Shown here one piece after another: positions 17,883 through 25,591 of a DNA stretch of 64,000 nt. The position numbers were made by a program, and so were the translations under genes. Source of the DNA: Bacteroidota bacterium (GTDB lineage: Bacteria; Bacteroidota; Bacteroidia; Flavobacteriales_F; PHOS-HE28); NCBI GenBank assembly GCA_018267055.1, contig JAFDZF010000081.1, forward strand, positions 3,345 to 67,344. Direction: 5' to 3'. Numbering within the stretch: position 1 is the first letter of the stretch; each line of letters opens with the position of its first letter. The notes beneath the pieces are model-generated. The model saw only the letters and a list, made by a program, of their open reading frames with translations, was not told the origin of the DNA and searched no databases.

Positions 17883-18518
17883 TCAGCGCACCTCACCGCC
17901 CAGCAGGCGGAGCTCCTCTTCCAGGTCCACCCTCGCCGCCGCTTCATAGCGGGCATGGAACGACGCGGTCTTGAAGATGCGGGACATGGCCAGGAAATGA
18001 CGGACCACCTTCCGGCGGCCGGGCATGTACAACAGGTCCGGATAGCGGCGATACTCCCTTCGGATCCCCTGGGTGTACGCCTGGTAACGCGCGGGCTCCG
18101 CGCCCAGGATGCTCAGGTCCGCATCGGTGAAGAGGTCGGTATCCGGGTCCGAGCTCGCCCCATGCGCCTTCGTCGCCAGGATATGCCCTTCGGCACGGCG
18201 GACCAAGGCTTCCGGGATGCCCACCGCCCTCATGCGCTCGCTCATCCGCGCGGCGCTGCGGACCTCATTGTCCTGCCGGACCACATCGTAGATGATGTCG
18301 TGGTATGCGGTCGCCAGCAGCAATGCATCCGGCCCTTCGGCCTCGTGGGCCACTTCGCCCAGCCTGGCATGCACATCCTCCAGGTGGGCGAGCGTATGAT
18401 AGTGCCTTCCCTTGGCCGTATGCGCCCGGACGACCTCCAGCCAATGGCCGTCGATCATGCCCGCATCCACGGCGTGCCGATGCAACATCGACCGAAAGGC
18501 CTGTTCCAGCGCGGACAT
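17883..18518 (-). CDS. HD-superfamily predicted metal-dependent phosphohydrolase (COG4339-like)
   Basis: 'RHYHTLAHLEDV' and 'ATAYHDIIYD' His/Asp motifs. Confidence 0.7.
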   Translation of the reverse strand: MSALEQAFRSMLHRHAVDAGMIDGHWLEVVRAHTAKGRHYHTLAHLEDVHARLGEVAHEAEGPDALLLATAYHDIIYDVVRQDNEVRSAARMSERMRAVGIPEALVRRAEGHILATKAHGASSDPDTDLFTDADLSILGAEPARYQAYTQGIRREYRRYPDLLYMPGRRKVVRHFLAMSRIFKTASFHARYEAAARVDLEEELRLLGGEVR

Positions 18519-18534
18519 GGGATGGATGTCGCCC

Positions 18535-19323
18535 CTACAGCTCCCCCGCTTCGGCGATCAGCTCCGCCACGTCCTTCACCTGCACCTCTCCTTCCTTGTT
18601 GAAGTGCTTCACGCCGTCGGTGAGCATGGTGTTGCAGAACGGGCAGCCGGCGGCGATGATGTTCGGCGCGAGGGCCAGGGCCTCTTCGCTCCGCTCCACG
18701 TTGACCTCCTTGTTCCCGGGCTCGGCCTCCTTGAACATCTGCGCGCCCCCCGCGCCGCAGCACAGGCCCTTCGCGCGGCTGCGCTTCATCTCCACCAGGG
18801 CGGCGTCCAGCTTCAGCAGCACTTCGCGCGGGGCCTCGTACTCATCATTGCCGCGGCCGAGGTAGCAGGGGTCGTGGAAGGTGATGCGCTTGCCCTGGAA
18901 CGAGCCGCCCTCGATCCGGATGCGGCCTTCCTGCAGCAGCGCGTTGATGAACTGCGTGTGGTGCATCACCTCGTAGCTGCCGCCCAGCGCCGGGTATTCG
19001 TTGCGCAGGATGTTGAAGCAATGCGGGCAGGCGGTGACGATGCGCTTCACCCCGTAGCCGTTCAGCACGGTGATGTTGTTCAGCGCCTGCATCTGGAACA
19101 GGAACTCGTTGCCGGCGCGCCGGGCCGGATCGCCGGTGCAGCTCTCCTCCTGCCCCAGCACGGCGAACTTCACGTTGGCCGCGTTGAGGATGCGCACGAA
19201 GGCCTTGGTGATCTTCCGCGCCCGGTCGTCGAAGCTGCCGGCGCAGCCCACCCAGAAGAGCACTTCGGGCACCTCGCCGCTCGCGGCGAAGTCGGCCATC
19301 GTCCGGACCTGCAGCGCGCTCAT
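18535..19323 (-). CDS. CCG-domain (Fe-S)-binding protein, HdrD/GlpC C-terminal-half-like
   Basis: Two cysteine-rich CCG-type repeats ('WVGCAGSF...TACPHCF' and 'GLCCGAGG...AGCPFCN'). Its ATG 19323 overlaps the upstream gene's stop (ATGA). Confidence 0.88.
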   Translation of the reverse strand: MSALQVRTMADFAASGEVPEVLFWVGCAGSFDDRARKITKAFVRILNAANVKFAVLGQEESCTGDPARRAGNEFLFQMQALNNITVLNGYGVKRIVTACPHCFNILRNEYPALGGSYEVMHHTQFINALLQEGRIRIEGGSFQGKRITFHDPCYLGRGNDEYEAPREVLLKLDAALVEMKRSRAKGLCCGAGGAQMFKEAEPGNKEVNVERSEEALALAPNIIAAGCPFCNTMLTDGVKHFNKEGEVQVKDVAELIAEAGEL

Positions 19324-20645
19324 TGTTCCGCCCATTTCAAGCGCTCGCTCTGGGCGAAGGCCCAGGGGGCGCCGTTGTTCTCCACGTTGTTGAACATGCC
19401 GGTGAGCGCGGGCCGCGTGCGGCTCTCCTCCATCACCAGGTAGCGGCGCATGTCGATGATGATGCCCACGGGGTCGATGTTCACCGGGCAGGCCTGCGTG
19501 CAGGCGTTGCAGGTGGTGCAGGCCCAGAGCTCCTCTTCGCTGATGCGGCTGTGGAGGCTCTTGCCGTCGTCCTCCCACGTGCCTTTCGCGTCGATCGTCC
19601 TGCCCACTTCCTCCAGGCGGTCACGCGTGTCCATCATGATCTTGCGCGGGCTCAGCAGCTTGCCGGTGAGGTTGGCCGGGCACTCGCTCGTGCAGCGGCC
19701 GCACTCGGTGCAGCTGTAGGCGTCCATCAGGTTCTTCCACGTGAGGTCGAACACGTCCTTCGCGCCGAAGCGCTCGGTCACTTCCGCACCGGCCACGGTG
19801 CGCGGCGCAGGTGCCGGCGGCGCCACCGACGGATCGAGCATGCTCCTCACCTCACCGGTGACGCGCTCCATGTTCCTGATCTCCGTCTTCGGCCGCAGGC
19901 TGCTGAACCAGGTGTTCGGGAAGGCCAGGAGGATGTGGAAATGCTTGCTGTACGGCAGGTAGTTCAGGAAGGCCAGGATGCCGATGATGTGGAACCACCA
20001 GCAGCAACGTTCGATCAGGATGAGGCCGGACGTACTGAAGTGTTGCAGGATGGGGACCAGCAGGGCCGAGCTTACCGGGAAGGCGCCTGCCACGACGTAG
20101 TGCTCCACGCCGCGTGCCTGCAGGACCTGGTCGGCGGCGTTCATCTTCAGGAATGCGCTCATCAGCGCGATCTCCGTGCAGAGGATCAGCGTGGCGTCGG
20201 TGCGCGGCCAGCCGTCCAGCTCCTTCATCGCGAAGCGCTTCAGCTTGAGGATGTAGCGGCGCACGAGGAAGATGGCGCACGCCACCCACACGCCCAGCGC
20301 CAACCACTCGAAGCTGCCGATCAGGAGGTCGTAGAAGCCACCGAGGAAGCGGAACACGCGGTGCGTACCGAAGATGCCGTCGATGATGATCTCCAGCACC
20401 TCGATGTTGATGATGACGAAACCCGCGTACACGATGATGTGCAGGATGCCCGCGATGGGGCGCGCCACCATCTTGCTCTGGCCCAGCGCCACCCGCGTCA
20501 TGATGCCCCAGCGCTCGCCGGGCCGGTCGCTCCGGTCCTCGTCACGGCCCAGGGCGATGTTGCGGCGCACCTTCGCCGCGTTGCGCGCGAACCACCATAC
20601 GGCGGCAGCGAACAACAGCACGAAGACGATGCTCCCGATGCTCAT
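19320..20645 (-). CDS. Membrane-integral (Fe-S)-binding protein: N-terminal polytopic (NarI/DsrM/HdrE-like) domain fused to a 2x[4Fe-4S] ferredoxin domain
   Basis: About 5-6 TM helices, then 'CTECGRCTSECP' and 'CTTCNACTQACP' (CX2CX2CX3CP twice). Its start overlaps the MlaD stop by 4 nt. Confidence 0.88.
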   Translation of the reverse strand: MSIGSIVFVLLFAAAVWWFARNAAKVRRNIALGRDEDRSDRPGERWGIMTRVALGQSKMVARPIAGILHIIVYAGFVIINIEVLEIIIDGIFGTHRVFRFLGGFYDLLIGSFEWLALGVWVACAIFLVRRYILKLKRFAMKELDGWPRTDATLILCTEIALMSAFLKMNAADQVLQARGVEHYVVAGAFPVSSALLVPILQHFSTSGLILIERCCWWFHIIGILAFLNYLPYSKHFHILLAFPNTWFSSLRPKTEIRNMERVTGEVRSMLDPSVAPPAPAPRTVAGAEVTERFGAKDVFDLTWKNLMDAYSCTECGRCTSECPANLTGKLLSPRKIMMDTRDRLEEVGRTIDAKGTWEDDGKSLHSRISEEELWACTTCNACTQACPVNIDPVGIIIDMRRYLVMEESRTRPALTGMFNNVENNGAPWAFAQSERLKWAEQ

Positions 20646-21670
20646 TTCTTCTCCTGCTGCTTCTGGTAGGCCTGCTGGATGCGCTCGATGTCGGCCTCGC
20701 TCAGCTTGGGCAGCTTGTCCTTCTTGCCGAAGATGGAGAAGTAGCGGTTCGGGTTCGTGCGCAGGTCCTCGAGCAGCAGGTCGAGCTGGCGGCTGGCGGC
20801 GTTGAGGTTGACGTAGAGGCTGTCATCGGACATCAGCTTGCCCAGCGTGCCATGGCCCTCGTTCAGCTTCGTCATGGCGGACCGGAGCTGGCCCGAGGTG
20901 GCCTGCAGGTCGGCCATCACCTGCTCCAGCCGGCCATTGCCCAGCGAGGCGGTGGCGCTGTCGAGGTGCGTGAGGATGCGTCCCAGCTCGTCGTTGTGGT
21001 CGGCCAGGTTGGCGCTCACCTTCTCGGTGTTGCGCAGGATGGAGCTGATGGTGGCGGTCTCCTGGGCCATCAGCGCATCCAGGCGCCCGGCGGAGGAGCG
21101 GATGCTCTCCAGCGTGCCGCGCAGGTTGGCGAAGCTGGCGTCGATGTCGCCCCGTGCGTTCTCGTTCAGGATCAGCTGCAGCGAGGTGAGCACCGAGTCC
21201 ACGCTGGCCAGCATGCCCTCGGCCTTGCGCTTGAGCGGGTCGATCTGCGAGCTGACGTTCTCGGTGAGGCTGAGCTCCGCCCCGCTGCGCAGGGTGTCGC
21301 CCTTGACCGCCGGCTCGGCGCTGTTGCCCAGCTCGATGCGCACCGCCCGCGAGAAGAGGTCGGCGCTGAACAGCTCGGCCCGCGTGTCCTTCGTCAGCTT
21401 CAGGCCGTCCTCGTCGATCTGGAAGGTCACCGCGATGCGGCCGCTGCCGTCGGGCATCAGCTCGGTGCGCACCACCTGGCCCACCTTGTACCCATGGAAG
21501 AGCACCGGCGTGGCGTCGTTGATGCCGGACACGTCGTTGTACACCGCATGGTAGATGTTGCGGCGCTGGAGGAGGTCCATCCCCTTCAGGTAGTTGATGC
21601 CGAAGACCAGCAGCGCGATGCCGCCGAGCACCATGAGGGCGATGGAGTATTCTCGCTTGAACTTCGGCAA
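20642..21670 (-). CDS. MlaD/MCE-family protein
   Basis: N-terminal TM 'IALMVLGGIALLVFGINYL', an MCE domain ('VSGINDATPVLFHGYKVGQVV'), and a long C-terminal helical region. Confidence 0.88.
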   Translation of the reverse strand: MPKFKREYSIALMVLGGIALLVFGINYLKGMDLLQRRNIYHAVYNDVSGINDATPVLFHGYKVGQVVRTELMPDGSGRIAVTFQIDEDGLKLTKDTRAELFSADLFSRAVRIELGNSAEPAVKGDTLRSGAELSLTENVSSQIDPLKRKAEGMLASVDSVLTSLQLILNENARGDIDASFANLRGTLESIRSSAGRLDALMAQETATISSILRNTEKVSANLADHNDELGRILTHLDSATASLGNGRLEQVMADLQATSGQLRSAMTKLNEGHGTLGKLMSDDSLYVNLNAASRQLDLLLEDLRTNPNRYFSIFGKKDKLPKLSEADIERIQQAYQKQQEKK

Positions 21671-21678
21671 GGTCGGGG

Positions 21679-22926
21679 CTATCTGTCGCGGGTCAAATTA
21701 ACGGCTTGCTGCAGATCGATCCGCTTCCCGTCCTTGAACGCCACGATGAAGGCGCCCTCGTACCCCTTGTCCTTGCAGCGCTGCTGCACCTTCCGTGCGC
21801 CCTCCAGGTCCGTTTCCTCGCCCAGCAGGTACTTCCACATGCCCGCCGCGCTCACCTCCTCCACCCCTTCCAGGCCCTTGAAGTTCTTGGGCGTGGGCGC
21901 GATGCGCTTGCCGCTGGTGACCAGCTGCACCTTGAACCGCACCCCGCTGTCCTTCTCCACCCGCGCCGTCACGGCCTTGGAGGTGTCCACCGCCGTGGTG
22001 TCGGGCTTCGCCACGCTTGCGCCGGTGGAGACGTCCTTGCGCTCCATCTGCAGCTTGTACTCCTTGAAGGCCCGGTAGATGGCCGAGGCCATGTGCTCCT
22101 GGCCCTTGTCGCTCTGCAGGTAGTCCTCCTCGGTGCCGTTGCTGAGGAAGCCGAGCTCGATGAGCACCGCCGGCATGGTGGTGTAGCTGATCACCAGGAA
22201 GCCGGCCTGCTTCACGCCCCGGTCGCTGCGGCCCGCCCGGTCCTTGAACTGCTGCTGCACCAGCGCGCTCAGCTGCAGGCTGTGGTCCAGGTAGGCGTTC
22301 TGCCGCAGGCTGAGGGCGATCATGCTCTCGGGGTCCTTGGGGTCGTAGCCATCGTACTTCAGCTCGTGGTCGTCCTCCAGCAGGATGGAGGCGTTCTCCT
22401 TCATCGCCGTGCGCATGTTGGCCTCGGTCTTGTGCAGGCCCATCACGTAGGTCTCGCAGCCGAGGGGCTCGGGCTTGGCGTTGGCGTTGCAGTGGATGCT
22501 GATGAAGACGTCGGCCTTGTTGCGGTTGGCGATCTCGCAGCGCTCCTTCAGCTCGATGAAGCGGTCGTCATCACGGGTGTAGATCACCTTCACGTCCGGG
22601 AAGTTCTCCGTGATGTACTTGCCCACCAGCTTGGTGACGGCCAGGGCCACGTGCTTCTCGGTGGTCTTGTAGCGGCCGGTGCCGAGGTTGCCCGGGTCCT
22701 TGCCGCCGTGGCCGGCGTCCAGCACCACCACGTCCACCTGGTTGGGGTCGCTCCCCGATGCGGGCCGCGCGCGTTGTGGCATGGCCTGTGCGCTGAAGAC
22801 CAGCAGGAAGGCCGCCGCCAGTCCCCATCCACCTCCCGTGCACGCCCCGGACGCCCTGCGACGAAGCGCTACTTTCGGCGCTGCCTTCCGGCCGCCCCGA
22901 CCGCTGATGTCCCGTGTACCCTGCAT
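21679..22926 (-). CDS. N-acetylmuramoyl-L-alanine amidase (Amidase_3) with C-terminal SPOR-like domain
   Basis: 'VVVLDAGHGGKDPG...FISIHCNA...' is the Amidase_3 zinc site. The C-terminal ~80 aa is SPOR-like ('FKVQLVTSGKRI...GYEGAFIVAFKDGKRI'). ATG 22926 is internal to the track ORF. Confidence 0.9.
   Translation of the reverse strand: MQGTRDISGRGGRKAAPKVALRRRASGACTGGGWGLAAAFLLVFSAQAMPQRARPASGSDPNQVDVVVLDAGHGGKDPGNLGTGRYKTTEKHVALAVTKLVGKYITENFPDVKVIYTRDDDRFIELKERCEIANRNKADVFISIHCNANAKPEPLGCETYVMGLHKTEANMRTAMKENASILLEDDHELKYDGYDPKDPESMIALSLRQNAYLDHSLQLSALVQQQFKDRAGRSDRGVKQAGFLVISYTTMPAVLIELGFLSNGTEEDYLQSDKGQEHMASAIYRAFKEYKLQMERKDVSTGASVAKPDTTAVDTSKAVTARVEKDSGVRFKVQLVTSGKRIAPTPKNFKGLEGVEEVSAAGMWKYLLGEETDLEGARKVQQRCKDKGYEGAFIVAFKDGKRIDLQQAVNLTRDR
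22870..22877 (+). promoter_or_regulatory. -7-type promoter box TACTTTCG (lptD-like)
   Basis: 29 nt upstream of ATG 22907. Lies inside the 5' coding region of the divergent amidase gene. Confidence 0.4.
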
Positions 22927-25474
22927 GCCCTTTCCCGGAGCCCGCCCCCTTGGCGTCAGCCGCGAAAGTAGAAGGCCGGCATCCCCCAGGGCGCCTTTCC
23001 CGATCGCGGTTCTCCTCACGTCCGTGTTGATAGGAACGGCGTCCGGGCCGGCTTTCGCACAGGATCTCCAGGACGAGGTGAGGTACGGGGCCCGGGACAG
23101 CATGGTGTACGACCTGGCCCACCAAACGGCGTACCTCTTCGGGGCCGGCCAGGTGCATTACCAGGACGTGGAGCTGACCGCCGACCGGATCCGGCTCGAC
23201 CTGGGCAACGGCATCGTGGAGGCCTTCGGGGCGGCCGACAGCGCCGGCAGGCCCACCGGCACCCCCGAGTTCACCCAGGGCGGGCACAAGGTGACGGCCG
23301 ACACCATCCGCTACAACTTCCGCACGAAGGAGGGGGTGATCAAGGAGGTGCGGACCTCGGAGGAGCAGATGTACGTGATCGCGCACCTGAGCAAGCGGCA
23401 CGCCAACGGCGAAGTGCACAGCAAGGGCGGCATGCTCACCAGCTGCGACCGGCCCCACCCCCACTACCACTTCGCGGTGAGCCGCATGATGGTGATCCCC
23501 GACGACAAGATCGTGGTGGGGCCCGCGGTGATGAAGATCGGCAAGGTGCCCACCCCCCTCGCCCTGCCCTTCGGCTTCTTCCCCAACCACCACGGCGGCT
23601 CGGCCGGCGTGCTCATCCCCACCTGGGGCAATTCCGACCAGCTGGGCTACTTCCTGCTCAACGGCGGCTATTACCTCCCGCTGGGCGACCACTTCGACGA
23701 GCAGCTCACCGCCGACATCTACAGCCGCGGCAGCTGGGGCCTGCGCTCCGTCACCCGCTACCGGTCGCGCTACCGCTTCAGCGGCTCGCTGGACCTGCAG
23801 CACAGCACCAAGCTGAACAGCCTCCCCGAATACCCCGATTTCAGCAAGCAGCGCAACTTCTTCGTGCGCTGGAACCACCTGGTGGACCCCAAGGCCAGCC
23901 TCACCGACCGCTTCACCGCCAGCGTGAACATGGGCTCCAGCCGGAACTTCACCAACAACTTCAACAGCAGCACCCTCGACTACCTGAGCAACACCTTCCA
24001 GAGCAACGTGAGCTGGAACCACCTCTGGAGCGGCAAGCCCTACAGCCTCACCGTGGCCATGCGCCACAGCCAGAACACGCTGACGCGCACCTTCGACATC
24101 ACCCTGCCCGCCCTCACCTTCAACGTGCAGCGGGTCTTCCCCGCCACCTGGTTCCACCCGGGCACCACCGCGAACAAGTGGTACGACCGCATCGGCGTGA
24201 ACTGGACCAGCAACTTCGACAACAAGCTGACCACCACGGAGGACCAGCTCTCGCTGAGCAACCTGGACCGCCTGCTGGACAAGACCCGGAACGGCATCCG
24301 CCATACCGGCGCGGTGACCACCTCGTTCAAGACCCGCCTCTTCACGGTGAACCCCACGATCAGCTTCACCGACCGCACCTACTTCGACGGCCTCCGCAAG
24401 ACCTACTACGCCGGCAGCGACACGGTGGTGACCGACACCGTGCCGGGGGTGCGCAACGTGTTCGATTGGAACGCCAACACCACCTTCACCAGCAAGCTCT
24501 ACGGCATGTACACCTTCGGCAGGGGCCGGCTGAAGGCGATCCGCCACGTGATCACCCCCTCGGCCACGCTGGCGTACATCCCGGGCAACGACACCCGGGT
24601 GTTCGGGCCGTTCGGGACCAACGGGGCCTGGACCGGCTATTCGCCCTTCGACATCGGCATCTACGGCGCGCCCTCGCCCAACGAGAGCGGCCTGCTGTCC
24701 CTGGGCCTGGTGCAGAGCGTGGAGGCCAAGCTGCGGGGCACCGTGCCCGATGCCAACGGCGACGTGGCGGACAAGAAGCTCACCCTGATCGACTTCCTGG
24801 GGATCAACGCGAACTACGACCTGCTGAAGGACTCGGTGCGCTGGTCGCCCGTGAACATCGCCGCCCGCACGCGGCTCTTCAACAAGGTGGACCTGAACCT
24901 GAACAGCACCTGGGACCCGTACGCCACCGACAGCCTGGGGCGCACCATCGACCGGTCGACCCGCACGCTGTACGGCCACCTGGCCCACCTGCGCAACGCC
25001 ACCGCCGCCGTCGGCTTCGAGCTGCAGAGCAAGCGCTACGGCACGCCCGCCTCCTCCCCGCCCCAGGACGACCCCGTGGTGGCCGAGGCCGACCCCGCCA
25101 AGGGCGCCCGGATCAACTTCAGCCTGCCCTGGCACCTGCGGGTGAACTACAGCTACTCCGTGTCGCGCAACTGGCGGGAGCGGGACTTCACCGAGCAGCA
25201 GACCCAGAGCGTGCTGTTCAGCGGCGACCTGAACATCCTGAAATACTGGAAGCTGGGGGTGAGCAGCGGCTACGACCTGGAGGCCGGGGACTGGACGCCC
25301 ACCTCCCTGAACCTGTACTGGGACCTGCACTGCTGGGAATTCAACCTCAACGTGGTCCCGATCGGCATCCGGAAGAGCTTCATGTTCCGCATCAACGTGA
25401 AGGCCAGCACGCTGCGGGACCTGAAGTACGAGCTGCGCCGGCCCTTCGGCAACGACGGCCAACTGCTCTACTGA
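22907..25474 (+). CDS. LptD/OstA-like putative LPS-assembly outer-membrane protein
   Basis: ~855 aa with a signal peptide, an N-terminal OstA-like beta-jellyroll ('VHYQDVELTADRIRLDL'), and a long beta-barrel ending in an aromatic residue. Start is ATG 22907 or 22925. Confidence 0.82.
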   Translation: MSRVPCMPFPGARPLGVSRESRRPASPRAPFPIAVLLTSVLIGTASGPAFAQDLQDEVRYGARDSMVYDLAHQTAYLFGAGQVHYQDVELTADRIRLDLGNGIVEAFGAADSAGRPTGTPEFTQGGHKVTADTIRYNFRTKEGVIKEVRTSEEQMYVIAHLSKRHANGEVHSKGGMLTSCDRPHPHYHFAVSRMMVIPDDKIVVGPAVMKIGKVPTPLALPFGFFPNHHGGSAGVLIPTWGNSDQLGYFLLNGGYYLPLGDHFDEQLTADIYSRGSWGLRSVTRYRSRYRFSGSLDLQHSTKLNSLPEYPDFSKQRNFFVRWNHLVDPKASLTDRFTASVNMGSSRNFTNNFNSSTLDYLSNTFQSNVSWNHLWSGKPYSLTVAMRHSQNTLTRTFDITLPALTFNVQRVFPATWFHPGTTANKWYDRIGVNWTSNFDNKLTTTEDQLSLSNLDRLLDKTRNGIRHTGAVTTSFKTRLFTVNPTISFTDRTYFDGLRKTYYAGSDTVVTDTVPGVRNVFDWNANTTFTSKLYGMYTFGRGRLKAIRHVITPSATLAYIPGNDTRVFGPFGTNGAWTGYSPFDIGIYGAPSPNESGLLSLGLVQSVEAKLRGTVPDANGDVADKKLTLIDFLGINANYDLLKDSVRWSPVNIAARTRLFNKVDLNLNSTWDPYATDSLGRTIDRSTRTLYGHLAHLRNATAAVGFELQSKRYGTPASSPPQDDPVVAEADPAKGARINFSLPWHLRVNYSYSVSRNWRERDFTEQQTQSVLFSGDLNILKYWKLGVSSGYDLEAGDWTPTSLNLYWDLHCWEFNLNVVPIGIRKSFMFRINVKASTLRDLKYELRRPFGNDGQLLY
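22963..22970 (-). promoter_or_regulatory. -7-type promoter box TACTTTCG (amidase operon)
   Basis: 36 nt upstream of ATG 22926. Lies inside the 5' coding region of the divergent lptD-like gene. Confidence 0.4.
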
Positions 25475-25591
25475 GGCGGTCCCCGGGGCCCTTGCACTTG
25501 TATAGAGAAGCCATCACCGTTCGTGGGATCGGCCGGGCCGGACCCTGGCGTTCCGCTACATTAGCCGCCCTTCCAACGGACGTATCCGCTG

